Source: an uncultured delta proteobacterium (GTDB lineage Bacteria > Desulfobacterota > Binatia > UBA9968). From it: a stretch of DNA of 64,000 nt. The stretch is from the NCBI GenBank assembly GCA_963745035.1, contig CAVUVW010000020.1, forward strand, positions 64,001-128,000. Direction: 5' to 3'. Shown here in pieces: positions 13,207 through 21,991 of the stretch. The position numbers and the translations under genes were made by a program. Under the pieces are notes generated by a model, which saw only the letters and a program-made list of their open reading frames with translations, did no database searches and had not been told where the DNA came from. The first letter of the stretch is position 1. Each line of letters starts with the position of its first letter.

Positions 13207-13655
13207 TTACGGCGATGAGCCGGAGGAATAAAAAATTCCTGCCTTCTTCGTTCGTCCGACGGCAGACCGTCCTAAAACCGGTAACTGTCCCGCCTTTGCA
13301 CAGAGCAAAAACGAGACGCAAGTCGTAACCCGGCGGAATGAACGCATTTCCATTCACCGTCATAAATCGGTCTTCACAGTAAACTCGCCGGCATTCCTGC
13401 TCTTCCACGCCCGCGATATCGCACCAGGCGCGCTGATGCGCATGAGCGCGGGCTCCGGCATGCAGATAAATCGTGATCCAGGCTGTTCAAAAGGCCAATG
13501 CGAGTCGCGCGAGAAATCGACGAGCGGAGGCGTATTTACTGAGACGTTGGAGCGAGGCGATCGGGCGCAACGAAGCAGGTGGGCCTTCTTCCGGGTTGCT
13601 TGCGATTATGGTCGCTATCCGAGCAATTCAAACACACGTAAAAAACAGGAGGTCT

Positions 13656-14080
13656 ATGGCGAGTGCAGCCAAATGATCCGACGGGACCATAGGTCGAGGT
13701 CTGTTCGGAAATTCGGCAGCATCTCGAAATCCGATTCCTAGAAAAAGATCTGGATGGTATCGAGCAGCTCGGAAGATTCTCAAGCTGGAAAAAAATCTTG
13801 TCTTCCGCGTCGGCGGTTTTGAGCTCGGCGATGATGATCTTGGCTCGACGTGTCCAAGCAGGAACCTCAGTCGAGCCAAAAATTCCTCGCCGAGAGCTCA
13901 GAACCGCCGACGCGGATAGAGAAATTTCGAGGACAAGTTTTCCAGCTGGTGTGAGCCTCAAGCACCGTCGAGAAGATGAAGGCGAGATCGCTGCAAAGCC
14001 GAGGAGAGCGAGATGGCCTGGAAGGTTACGCGAGGAGATGGCTCGACGCTAAAAAAGAATTGGTCCGTCAAGCGACCAAA
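13656..14080 (+). pseudogene. Heavily decayed hemerythrin-domain gene remnant
   Basis: CAGGAGG RBS + ATG; fragments in shifting frames QMIRRDHR, EQL..KLE, ELGDDDL, ELRTADA, EDKF, LKH..EDEGEI, EEMARR.KKEL follow hemerythrin motif order. Confidence 0.5.
13783..13947. repeat. ~165-nt imperfect inverted repeat (three stacked stems)
   Basis: AGCTGGAAAA..CTTGTC/GACAAG.TTTTCCAGCT; TCCGCGTCGGCGGTTTTGAGCTC.GGCGA/TCGCC..GAGCTCAGAACCGCCGACGCGGA; TTGGCTCGAC/GTCGAGCCAA. Confidence 0.8.
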
Positions 14081-14180
14081 AAGCAGGGCGCTCAACAAGT
14101 CGGGCCGGCGAAAGCCGAAGTCCTGCAGCGTGCGGCGGCGTTCGGGACGGGCTGGCGGCCGGATCGAATTGCTAATACCG

Positions 14181-14594
14181 CTAGCTGTAAAATTTTTTGC
14201 CCGGCGCCGGCCCGGCGCGCGGCGCGGCGCGTTTTACCTGGATTTTATCGTTGACGATCACTCCTGCATGGGCGCTCTTGGCAAGCTCCACCGCGCGCTC
14301 GCGCAGCGCCTCGGAAGCCACCGTTCCGGCGAGCGTGACATGATTGCGCGTGACATCAGCGCTCACCGTTAGCTTTGCCGCCTTGATCTCCGCATCTTCG
14401 TCAAGCTTCGCTTTGACCGCTTGTTCGAGCTTCGCGTTCGCCTTGCCGGCATCGCCGGCACCCAGCGGCTTTTTCGTATCCGCCATAGCCGTTTTCTCAT
14501 GGGACGCGCCGTGCGTGGGAAGCGCCGGCGCGAAGGCGAGAACCAATGCGGCCATCAATACCGCGGCAGCGAAAAGATTTTTTTCGCGTTTCAT
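14181..14594 (-). CDS. Secreted BON-domain protein
   Basis: Signal peptide, then LEQAVKAKL..D.EI...L.VSA....VTLAGTV......RAVELAK. Confidence 0.85.
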   Translation of the reverse strand: MKREKNLFAAAVLMAALVLAFAPALPTHGASHEKTAMADTKKPLGAGDAGKANAKLEQAVKAKLDEDAEIKAAKLTVSADVTRNHVTLAGTVASEALRERAVELAKSAHAGVIVNDKIQVKRAAPRAGPAPGKKFYS

Positions 14595-14614
14595 CGCAAT
14601 TCATGCTTGCGAAC

Positions 14615-14630
14615 GGCAAGAAATATGCCA
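14615..14630 (-). promoter_or_regulatory. sigma54 promoter for BON protein
   Basis: TGGCATATTTCTTGCC. Confidence 0.75.
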
Positions 14631-14906
14631 CGTCGCAATCTTCAACGGTGCACGCGCGTCATAGCGCTTGTGCAACAGCGATCTGCTTCTCCCCTGCTTT
14701 TCGTCCCAGCGTCGAAACGAGCACCTCTCCATCGTTTGCAAACTTGGGACGAGTGCAACGAGCTGCTCGCAGTGATACGCAAGCGCGCACGTGCCATGCG
14801 GGTTGAATCGGAATCGAAATCGAGTCTTACTTCCGGCAATTGCGGTGGCTGAGGCGCGAGGCTCATGAAATTCCACGATCTTCCTACCCCGCGTTCCTCA
14901 TCCAAG

Positions 14907-14922
14907 TGGCATTTTCTTTGCT
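14907..14922 (+). promoter_or_regulatory. sigma54 promoter for PRC remnant / BON gene
   Basis: TGGCATTTTCTTTGCT. Confidence 0.75.
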
Positions 14923-14974
14923 CCCCTTAGTGCTCGTGTCGAAGTCGCGCGGCGGATGCATCCATGCTGAAGAG

Positions 14975-15205
14975 CGCCAATGATATCGTCGATTTTCCCA
15001 TCGGCGATACGCGCAACTGGTGGCCCGGGCAAGAAGGTGCTGCTATCACCGCTTTGGACCGAACAGTTGACTGGCGCGAACGAAATGTCGTCGAGCTGGC
15101 GCGGCGCGAAGATCAAGGATAGCCCGGAGTACGACAACTCGGCGCCAGCGATCGCGAATACGAAGAGCGCTTTTACGGATATTACGGTGAAAACGGCTAT
15201 TGGCC
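14975..15205 (+). pseudogene. Remnant of a PRC-barrel domain gene (C-terminal part, multiple indels)
   Basis: Frame-jumping translation DTRNWWP-GKKVLLSPLWTEQ-DWRERNVVELAR-KIKDSPEYD-DREYEERFYGYYGENGYW. Confidence 0.65.
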
Positions 15206-15252
15206 GCCGGAGCCAAACGAACAAACTGATTTATTTTTTGGAGGAAAAAAAT

Positions 15253-15909
15253 ATGGCACTGGATCGCGGTGAACGAGGACATCGAGGCGACCATTTTTCC
15301 CGGGGCGGCCCGGAGCGCGACCGGAGAGAATTCGACGAAGACGATCGCGACTATGCGCGCGCCGACTATGACGACGATTATCCGCGCCACGGACGACCGA
15401 TCGAGGGCCGCCACTGGCGTGGCCGCCGCTACGGCGCCGAAGAGCCGCTGGATCGCGGGCGCGACTACGACGACTATGACGCCGAACGAAGGCGCACGCT
15501 TAATACCGAGCATCGCGATCCTTTCCTGCGCCACGGCGAGAGCGAAGGCCGCTTCCGCGGCGAGGGCGGATCGTGGCGGCGCGAGGCGCGCCGCGATGAA
15601 AGCTTTGACGATCAGGATCGCTGGTCCGGCCCGTACGCCGGCCGCGGCCCCAAAGGTTACCGCCGCTCGGACGAGAGAATCCACGAGGACGTCTGCGAGC
15701 GGCTCATGGAGCACCCGAGCATCGACGCCAGCGACGTCGAAGTATCGGTCAACGAAGGCGACGTCACCCTGACCGGCCTAGTCGAGAGCCGGGCGATCAA
15801 ACATTTGACCGAGACCATGACCGAAACCGTCCCGGGAGTGAAAGAAGTTCACAATCATCTGCGCGTGGCGCCGCAAGTCGGCGGCGCCGGATCGCGCCTG
15901 GTGAGATAG
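15253..15909 (+). CDS. BON-domain protein with Arg/Asp/Gly-rich N-terminus
   Basis: GGAGG RBS before ATG 15253; GRGPKGYRRSDERIHEDVCERL..HPSIDASDVEVSV..GDVTLTG. Confidence 0.88.
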   Translation: MALDRGERGHRGDHFSRGGPERDRREFDEDDRDYARADYDDDYPRHGRPIEGRHWRGRRYGAEEPLDRGRDYDDYDAERRRTLNTEHRDPFLRHGESEGRFRGEGGSWRREARRDESFDDQDRWSGPYAGRGPKGYRRSDERIHEDVCERLMEHPSIDASDVEVSVNEGDVTLTGLVESRAIKHLTETMTETVPGVKEVHNHLRVAPQVGGAGSRLVR

Positions 15910-16109
15910 CAACGTCCACGAACCGTCCGCCGCGCGACCGGGATTAGAAAGCCCGGCCGCGGGCGGAGCGCAGCCACTCCGCCCGGCCGATGGGTATCGA
16001 CGCGCCCGCGGTCCTTCGGTTCAGCATAGTGCGTAAGCGCATCTTAAGCGGGAAATTGAAGTTGAACGCGGGCGCGTTCGTTTCATAAAGAATAAGAAAG
16101 GTCACGAGT

Positions 16110-16592
16110 ATGGCCGTCCGACTGAATCACACGATCGTTGCTGCGCACGACAAAGACACTTCGGCAATGTTCTTGACTCGGATCCTGGGACTGCCGGCGC
16201 CCGCGGAAGTCGGCCCGTTTGCGGTGGTGCAAGTGAGCGATGACACCTCGCTCGACTATGTTGACACCGACGGCGAGGTCACGTCGCAGCACTATGCATT
16301 TCTGGTGGAAGAGAACGAATTCGACGAAATCTTCGGACGGATTCGTGAACGGCGCCTCCCGTACTGGGCCGACCCCTACCGCCGCGAACGCGACCAGATC
16401 AACACCTGGGACGGCGGGCGCGGTGTTTACTTCGACGACCCGAACGGCCATCTGCTGGAGATCATCACCCGCCCGTACGGTAGCGGGGGTACGACAACGT
16501 CCAGACCCCACCCGTTGTTCGCACGGACTGTGAATCCCGAAGATCACCAGGACAACTCCAATCGCCAAGGAGATGAACATGTTGAGCGATAA
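16110..16592 (+). CDS. VOC/glyoxalase family protein
   Basis: LNHTIV, QHYAFLV, YWADP, GGRGVYFDDPNGHLLEI. Confidence 0.9.
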   Translation: MAVRLNHTIVAAHDKDTSAMFLTRILGLPAPAEVGPFAVVQVSDDTSLDYVDTDGEVTSQHYAFLVEENEFDEIFGRIRERRLPYWADPYRRERDQINTWDGGRGVYFDDPNGHLLEIITRPYGSGGTTTSRPHPLFARTVNPEDHQDNSNRQGDEHVER

Positions 16593-16955
16593 AGATGCGG
16601 CCGCAAATATAGCGGTCAAAGATTTGCAGGTTGCGAAGAAATTTTACGAAGACACACTCGGTCTCAAGCAGGCCGGGGCCGAGGGCGATGAGCTGGTTGT
16701 CTATAAGAGCGGCAACACCATGCTCAACGTCTACCGATCGCAGTACGCCGGAACCAACAAGGCCACAGCCGTAACCTGGCGGTCGGCGACGATGTCGAAG
16801 GCATTGTGCGCGCGCTCAGGGCCAAGGGCGTCGTCTTCGAGCATTACGACATGCCTGACATGAAACGCGAAGGTGACCTCCATGTCGCTGGCGATATGAA
16901 GATCGCTTGGTTCAAGGACCCCGACGGCAACATTCTCAACATCATCAACTCATAA
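16573..16955 (+). pseudogene. Second VOC/glyoxalase protein, -1 frameshift near 16779 (likely one missing G)
   Basis: IAVKDL..AKKFYEDTLGL...AVTW then in another frame VGDDVEGIVRALRAKGVVFEHYD...IAWFKDPDGNIL, TAA at 16953-16955. Confidence 0.85.
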
Positions 16956-17097
16956 CGTTACCGTTCGGCGCGGGCAGATCGCGACGGCGGACTTGAACGT
17001 AAGCGAAAATATCGCTGCCAGCGCCGCGTTTCCAAGTCCTTGGCGCCGAATAGAAATTTTAACTGATTTTGCTAAGGAGAATTTTATGGCCCGGATT

Positions 17098-17400
17098 CTA
17101 TAAAAAGTGGGACACGTCGAGGCCGCCGATCTCCCCGATCGGCCGGCCGATATGGGCGCGCAGGAGATTACAAATCGCGGTGCACAGGGCAAGGTCGCTG
17201 AAGAGCAGGCAGCCGACGTAGGCGTGCCCTTCGTGCTCGATCACCAAATAACATTTGTCCGATATCCGACTGCTCCCATAGACGTATTTGAGAACACCCA
17301 TCTCGCCGCGCAGGCTTCGGCCGTCGTCGCGGCTGGTCCACGTTGGCGGCCAACTGGGAATCCCGCGGTAAGACACCGCCGGATGGTGTCTCAGCTCCAT
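17098..17400 (-). CDS. Unknown ~100-aa protein, paralog 1 of LRDHP/WPPxWT family
   Basis: Clear alignment with 17519 and 21590 ORFs; start at MELRHHP. Confidence 0.8.
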   Translation of the reverse strand: MELRHHPAVSYRGIPSWPPTWTSRDDGRSLRGEMGVLKYVYGSSRISDKCYLVIEHEGHAYVGCLLFSDLALCTAICNLLRAHIGRPIGEIGGLDVSHFL

Positions 17401-17407
17401 GAACGCC

Positions 17408-17449
17408 AAAATAATCATTTTGGATATCGTGTCAATCCTGACACGATAT
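17408..17449 (-). promoter_or_regulatory. sigma70-like promoter overlapped by an 11-bp-arm palindrome
   Basis: TTGACA-N16-TATTTT; ATATCGTGTCA-ATCC-TGACACGATAT at 17424-17449. Confidence 0.5.
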
Positions 17450-17518
17450 TTTCATCTGCCCCGATTTTAGGACAGTAGACGGCCTGAAGTCGGCCTCGCG
17501 ACCAGGTTATAAAATCAG

Positions 17519-17845
17519 CTATAAGGTGTGGGAGACATCCAGATTGCCGATCTCCTCGATCGGCCGCCCGATGTGTTGTCGGAGGAGGCTGGAGATTTGC
17601 GCACAGACTGAGCGATCGCTAAAAATCAGACAACCCGTGTATCTTTCCTGTTGGTGATCGATGATCAGATAGCATTTGTTCGATGCGTTGGGATTCGCGT
17701 ATATGTATGTGAGAACTCCGATCTCCCCTTTGAGCGACTTCCTTTCGCCGCTCTCCCTTACGACGCCACGCGTCCATACCGGCGGCCAGTTGGGAATATT
17801 TCGATAACACATGGCGGGATGATCTCGCAGTTTCATGGTCATCAT
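17519..17845 (-). CDS. Unknown ~105-aa protein, paralog 2 of LRDHP/WPPxWT family
   Basis: MKLRDHPAMCYRNIPNWPPVWT...GEIGVL...CYLII...YTGCLIF.D...C..I..LL..HIGRPIEEIGNLDVSH. Confidence 0.8.
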   Translation of the reverse strand: MMTMKLRDHPAMCYRNIPNWPPVWTRGVVRESGERKSLKGEIGVLTYIYANPNASNKCYLIIDHQQERYTGCLIFSDRSVCAQISSLLRQHIGRPIEEIGNLDVSHTL

Positions 17846-17920
17846 CTTTCAAAGCAACTATGCGGGCAGCGCGGACGGAGCATTGCAACAAAAGAGTTCT
17901 CAATGCAACCGCAACAAGGG

Positions 17921-18984
17921 TTATGGCTCCTGTGCTTCTCCCGGTGCTTCGTCCGGTATTTCTTCTTGCGCTTCCTCCTTGATTTGCGCACTTAACAAGA
18001 GATTGCGAATCAGCGTTGCTTGCTCCTCCGCCACTCGCGACTTCGTTGCGAATTTCTCCGCCACCGGCTCTTGCTTGTTGGCGCGCGCCCGTGCCGCCAA
18101 GCGGCGCGCCAAGGCGGCGTTTTCCTGGAGGGTGCGAAACGCGCTCCAGAGCGCCGATTCGAGACTTTCCCCCTGCGTGCGCAGCAAACCTGCGGCGCTG
18201 TAGGCATGGCCGACGCGGCAGCGAAAACGCAGCCATTCTTCATCGTGCAGCTCCCAAAGAGTGCCGCCACAGTCGGGACAGCCGTAGGTCGAGGGGGTGC
18301 CCGGCCGTTCGCCGTCATCGATATCGACCCCGTTGAGCGCCTCCAGATCGGTTTCCTTTTCCAGCTCATTTTTTTCATGCGCCACGATCGCACCTCGATC
18401 GGTTGGAGTTGTGCGCTCGGTCAACTCGACAATAGTTTGCGGTATCGCGTGTTTGGGGAGGCAATAATCACCGGCACGGCGGCCAGGGCGTTGCGCGGCA
18501 TGTCCGGAGACATAACATCGTCGGGATCCTGCACGATGGCGATTCCGCCGCGACCTTTGATAGCGAAAAGGCCGGCGGTGCCGTCGTCGAGCGATCCGGA
18601 AAGCACGATGCCGATGACTCTCGGGCCGAACACCCGGGCCGCCGTGCGAAACAGCGGATCGATTGCCGGCCGGTGATTGTTCTCCCTCGGGCCGCGCACG
18701 ACGCGCACGTGATCCTTGCGCAGCAACAAATGGAAATCCGGCGGCGCCACGTAGATGCGCCCCGGTTCGATCTTCTCCTGGTCCTTGGCATGGGTCGCGG
18801 GCAATGGACCCGAGCGGCGCAGAATCTCCGGCAGGTAGCTGCGGCTTTGGGAATGCACGTGGCTGACGATAAAGACTGCGGCGGGCAGACCGGGCGGCAG
18901 CCGCCGCACGATTTCCAAGAGGGCTTCCAAGCCGCCGCTGGATGCTCCGATCGCTACGATGTCCCGTTGTGCGGATTGCGCCAT
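17921..18984 (-). pseudogene. cheB: CheB-type methylesterase with C-terminal Cys/His (CPDCGG..CRVGH) domain; -1 frameshift near 18469
   Basis: GASSGG, SH, RPAIDPLF, LSGSLDDG motifs; GTG-ATT should read GTG-GAT to join DYCLP...CPDCGGTLWEL..FRCRVGH. Confidence 0.85.
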
Positions 18985-19041
18985 GGCGACTCATTCTTCC
19001 CGCGGAAAAGAACAGATATGCGCGGTCTCTGCCGCGCGCCC

Positions 19042-20913
19042 TCACATCCCCATCTCCTCCATCATGATCACCGCCCCTTGGGACGCGCCTTTGGGCCCGT
19101 GGAACGGCGTCATCGAAACCCGGCACTTGATGGCGCGGCCGCGCCGGTTGACCGCGTCCAAAATGAGCTCCTGCGGCTGATTGCCGTCGCCGATCACTTC
19201 TCGCACCGGCTCCCGCAATTGCCTGACCGGCAGACCGATATCGATGCTGAGCAGCGAGCGGCCTTTCACTTCATCGAATCTGACGCCCCAGAGATCTTCG
19301 GCGAGATGGTTCCAGATAAGAATCTTGAGATCGCCGTCGACCACGGCCACACCGCCGCGCAGGCTCGACAAGATCGAGTTCAAGAAGGCATTGGCGTCGT
19401 GGAGCTCGTCGGTGCGCTCGCGCAGCTCGCCGTTGATCGTCTGCAATTCCTCGTTGGTCGACTGCAGCTCTTCGTTCATGGTTTCGAGCTCTTCGTTGGT
19501 CGACTGCAGTTCTTCATTGGTGGTTTCGAGCTCTTCATTGGTCGACTGCAATTCTTCATTGGTGGTTTCGAGCTCTTCGTTGGTCGACTGCAATTCTTCG
19601 TTGGACGCCTGGAGCTCTTCGTGGACGGTTTCCGCCTCCTGGCGCGCCTTTTGAACGTCGTACTCAAGCTCATGGTAGCTCGTCACATCGTCGAATGTAA
19701 CATACGCGCCCATCAACCTGTCGTTTTCCAGCAGCGGCATCACGCGCACTTCGAGATATCGCAGCTCGCCGGTTTTCACGCGGCGTTCGACCTCGGTAAG
19801 GATAATGGTCTTTCGCTCCTTATAGGCCTGCTCGAGCACCGAGCGCAGCTCCGCGGGGCGGTACGACAGCTCGAGGTCCTGGAACGGCCGCCCGAGATCT
19901 TTCGGATCGATGCTGAAAAGCTCGCGCGCCTGCCGGTTGGCAAGCAGCAAGCTGCCGTCGGCGTCGATGATTACCTGCGGCGTGTCGCCGAGCTCGAAGG
20001 TTGCGTCGCGCAGGCGCACATGGCGATCATGATTCTGGATATCGATGCCGCCGGTCGGCTGTCCGAACACCAACAGGCGGTCGCGCAGGCTCACCTGGCT
20101 TTGCTTGCAGAAGATCCGGTGCTTGAGCTCGACCGGCGCAAACAGATAGGAATGCACCACCAGCATCTCGGCCTTGCCGAGGAACAGACAGCCGTTGTCG
20201 TTGAGCGCATAGTTGAAGCGGCCGAGAATCCGCGTCTGGGTTTCCGCGTTGAAATACATCAACACGTTGCGGCAGACCAAAAGATCCAGGTGCGACATGG
20301 GCGCGTCCTGCACCAGATCGTGGCGCCCGAAGATCACCGAGCGGCGCAGTTCGGCGTTAAAGATATAGCGGCCGCTCGCCGATTCGAAATACTTTTTCAG
20401 CAGGTTTTCCGGGACGGCGTGAACGTCTTTTGCCGTGTACGCCGCCAGGCGCGCGATCGTAAGCGCGTCCTCGTCGGCGTCGGTGGCGTAGATTTTCACG
20501 CGCCGCTTGAATTCCTCCCGCCCGAGCGCTTCGCACAGTAAAATCGCGATGGAGTAAGCCTCCTCCCCGGAGGCGCAGCCGGCGCTCCACACGCGAATAA
20601 GTTCTCCCGCGCCTTTGCCCTCGGCCAAGCGCGGAACGATCGTTTCTTTCAAGCACTCCCAGGCGGCCGGGTCGCGGAAAAAAGACGTGACGTTGATCAG
20701 AATCGCATTGAACAGCGCGTTGAACTCTTCGGGATGCACTTCGAGGTAGTCCACGTAATCGGGGAAGCTCGCGACATTGATGGTCTGCATCCGACGCTCG
20801 ATGCGGCGCATCAAGCTGGGCCGCTTGTAACCGGTGAAATCGAAGCCCCGGCTCTGGCGCAGATACTCCAGCAGATGCTCGAATTTTGCGTCCGATTTTT
20901 CAGCGCGACTCAT
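19042..20913 (-). CDS. cheR: CheR methyltransferase-PAS-coiled coil-PAS protein without output domain
   Basis: GFDFTGYK, INVTSFFRD, RVWSAGCASGEEAYS, CRNVLMYF, NEELQST/NEELETT heptads. Confidence 0.92.
   Translation of the reverse strand: MSRAEKSDAKFEHLLEYLRQSRGFDFTGYKRPSLMRRIERRMQTINVASFPDYVDYLEVHPEEFNALFNAILINVTSFFRDPAAWECLKETIVPRLAEGKGAGELIRVWSAGCASGEEAYSIAILLCEALGREEFKRRVKIYATDADEDALTIARLAAYTAKDVHAVPENLLKKYFESASGRYIFNAELRRSVIFGRHDLVQDAPMSHLDLLVCRNVLMYFNAETQTRILGRFNYALNDNGCLFLGKAEMLVVHSYLFAPVELKHRIFCKQSQVSLRDRLLVFGQPTGGIDIQNHDRHVRLRDATFELGDTPQVIIDADGSLLLANRQARELFSIDPKDLGRPFQDLELSYRPAELRSVLEQAYKERKTIILTEVERRVKTGELRYLEVRVMPLLENDRLMGAYVTFDDVTSYHELEYDVQKARQEAETVHEELQASNEELQSTNEELETTNEELQSTNEELETTNEELQSTNEELETMNEELQSTNEELQTINGELRERTDELHDANAFLNSILSSLRGGVAVVDGDLKILIWNHLAEDLWGVRFDEVKGRSLLSIDIGLPVRQLREPVREVIGDGNQPQELILDAVNRRGRAIKCRVSMTPFHGPKGASQGAVIMMEEMGM
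19447..19620 (-). repeat. Coding tandem repeat (21/42-nt period) encoding NEELQST/NEELETT heptads
   Basis: About eight heptad units inside cheR. Confidence 0.85.
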
Positions 20914-21520
20914 GCTGCGTTTCCTTGACCAGGCTGACCAGGGTCGATGGAATTTTTTCGAGCGGCAGCACGAAATCGACGCCTCCGGTGGCGATCGCCG
21001 CGCCGGGCATGCCGAAGAATTCCGCGGATTGCTCGCTTTGCGCGATGACGATGCCGCCCATCTTCTTTATGGCCTTGACCCCCATCGAGCCGTCGCTTCC
21101 GGACCCGGAGAGAACCACGGCGATGGCCCGCTCTCTGAAGCTCGCCGCCACCGATTCGAATAATAAATCCGCTGAAGGACGCACAAAGTGGACTAGCTCG
21201 GACTGCGACAGCGAAAGGGTGCCGTCCGGATTGACCAGCAGATGGCGGTTCGGCGGCGCGATGTACGTCGTGCCCGGTTGCAATCGATCTCCTTCTTCGG
21301 CCTGCTTCACGTGCAGCCCGGTGCGCCGCCCCAGGATATCGGCCATCATGCTGCGGTGTCGCGGGTCGAGGTGCTGCACCACAACGAGCGTGGCGGGAAA
21401 GCCGCGCGGCAGCATCGTCAGCACTTCCCCTAGGGCGTGCAAACCGCCTGCGGACGCCGCTAGAGCGATGATGTTAAACAGGTGGCCGACGGGTCGCGCC
21501 GGATCGTCCTCGTTTGTAAT
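20900..21520 (-). CDS. cheB: Stand-alone CheB methylesterase; probable non-canonical ATT start at 21520
   Basis: IIALAASAGG lies upstream of the track's TTG start; VQHLDP, RPSADLLF, LSGSGSDG; overlaps cheR start. Confidence 0.85.
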   Translation of the reverse strand: MTNEDDPARPVGHLFNIIALAASAGGLHALGEVLTMLPRGFPATLVVVQHLDPRHRSMMADILGRRTGLHVKQAEEGDRLQPGTTYIAPPNRHLLVNPDGTLSLSQSELVHFVRPSADLLFESVAASFRERAIAVVLSGSGSDGSMGVKAIKKMGGIVIAQSEQSAEFFGMPGAAIATGGVDFVLPLEKIPSTLVSLVKETQHESR

Positions 21521-21589
21521 ACGTCCTCCATTCGATTAACGCCCGCGAGCGAACCGTTCTGTCATTGCTGCTCCGAACTCGCCGAAGCG

Positions 21590-21904
21590 TTATTCCAGGT
21601 AGCTCAGATCCAGGCTGCCGATGTGAGAAATGGGAGAGCCGCAATGTTTGGCGAGGAGCTCGCATATCTGCCTGCATGTTTCTGCCTCGTTGAACAGCAG
21701 GCAGCCCATGTATTCCCCGCCTTGATATTCCATGATCAGGTAGACGCGCGAGCGCGGCTCGACGCGCGACAGAAATACGTCGCGGAGAATTCCGACTTCG
21801 CCCCGCGGTCCCTCGTCATCGCCCGCGCCGCCGCGCCACGTCCAGATCGGCGGCCAATTTCTGAGACCACGATAATTCATCAATGGATGATCTCGGAGTA
21901 TCAC
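21590..21904 (-). CDS. Unknown 104-aa protein, paralog 3 of LRDHP/WPPxWT family
   Basis: MILRDHPLMNYRGLRNWPPIWT...GEVGIL...YLIMEY.G.EYMGCLLF...C.QI..LL..H.G.PI..IGSLDLS. Confidence 0.8.
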   Translation of the reverse strand: MILRDHPLMNYRGLRNWPPIWTWRGGAGDDEGPRGEVGILRDVFLSRVEPRSRVYLIMEYQGGEYMGCLLFNEAETCRQICELLAKHCGSPISHIGSLDLSYLE

Positions 21905-21939
21905 TGTCGAACGCCCGCTTGTCCCGGAGAGATGGCGTC

Positions 21940-21967
21940 ACTCTATGCCCGGCGCCGAATATGTCAA
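21940..21967 (-). promoter_or_regulatory. sigma70-like promoter for paralog 3 / cheB-cheR-cheB
   Basis: TTGACA-N16-TAGAGT. Confidence 0.5.
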
Positions 21968-21991
21968 GCGAACCGGTCGGCGAGTAGTGAG

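Noticed and set aside
13783-13947. Long hairpin considered as 6S RNA
   Set aside because: No two-sided central bubble, and the arms retain protein-coding traces
19447-19620. Regular 21/42-nt repeats considered as a CRISPR array
   Set aside because: No unique spacers; synonymous variation of a coding heptad repeat in cheR
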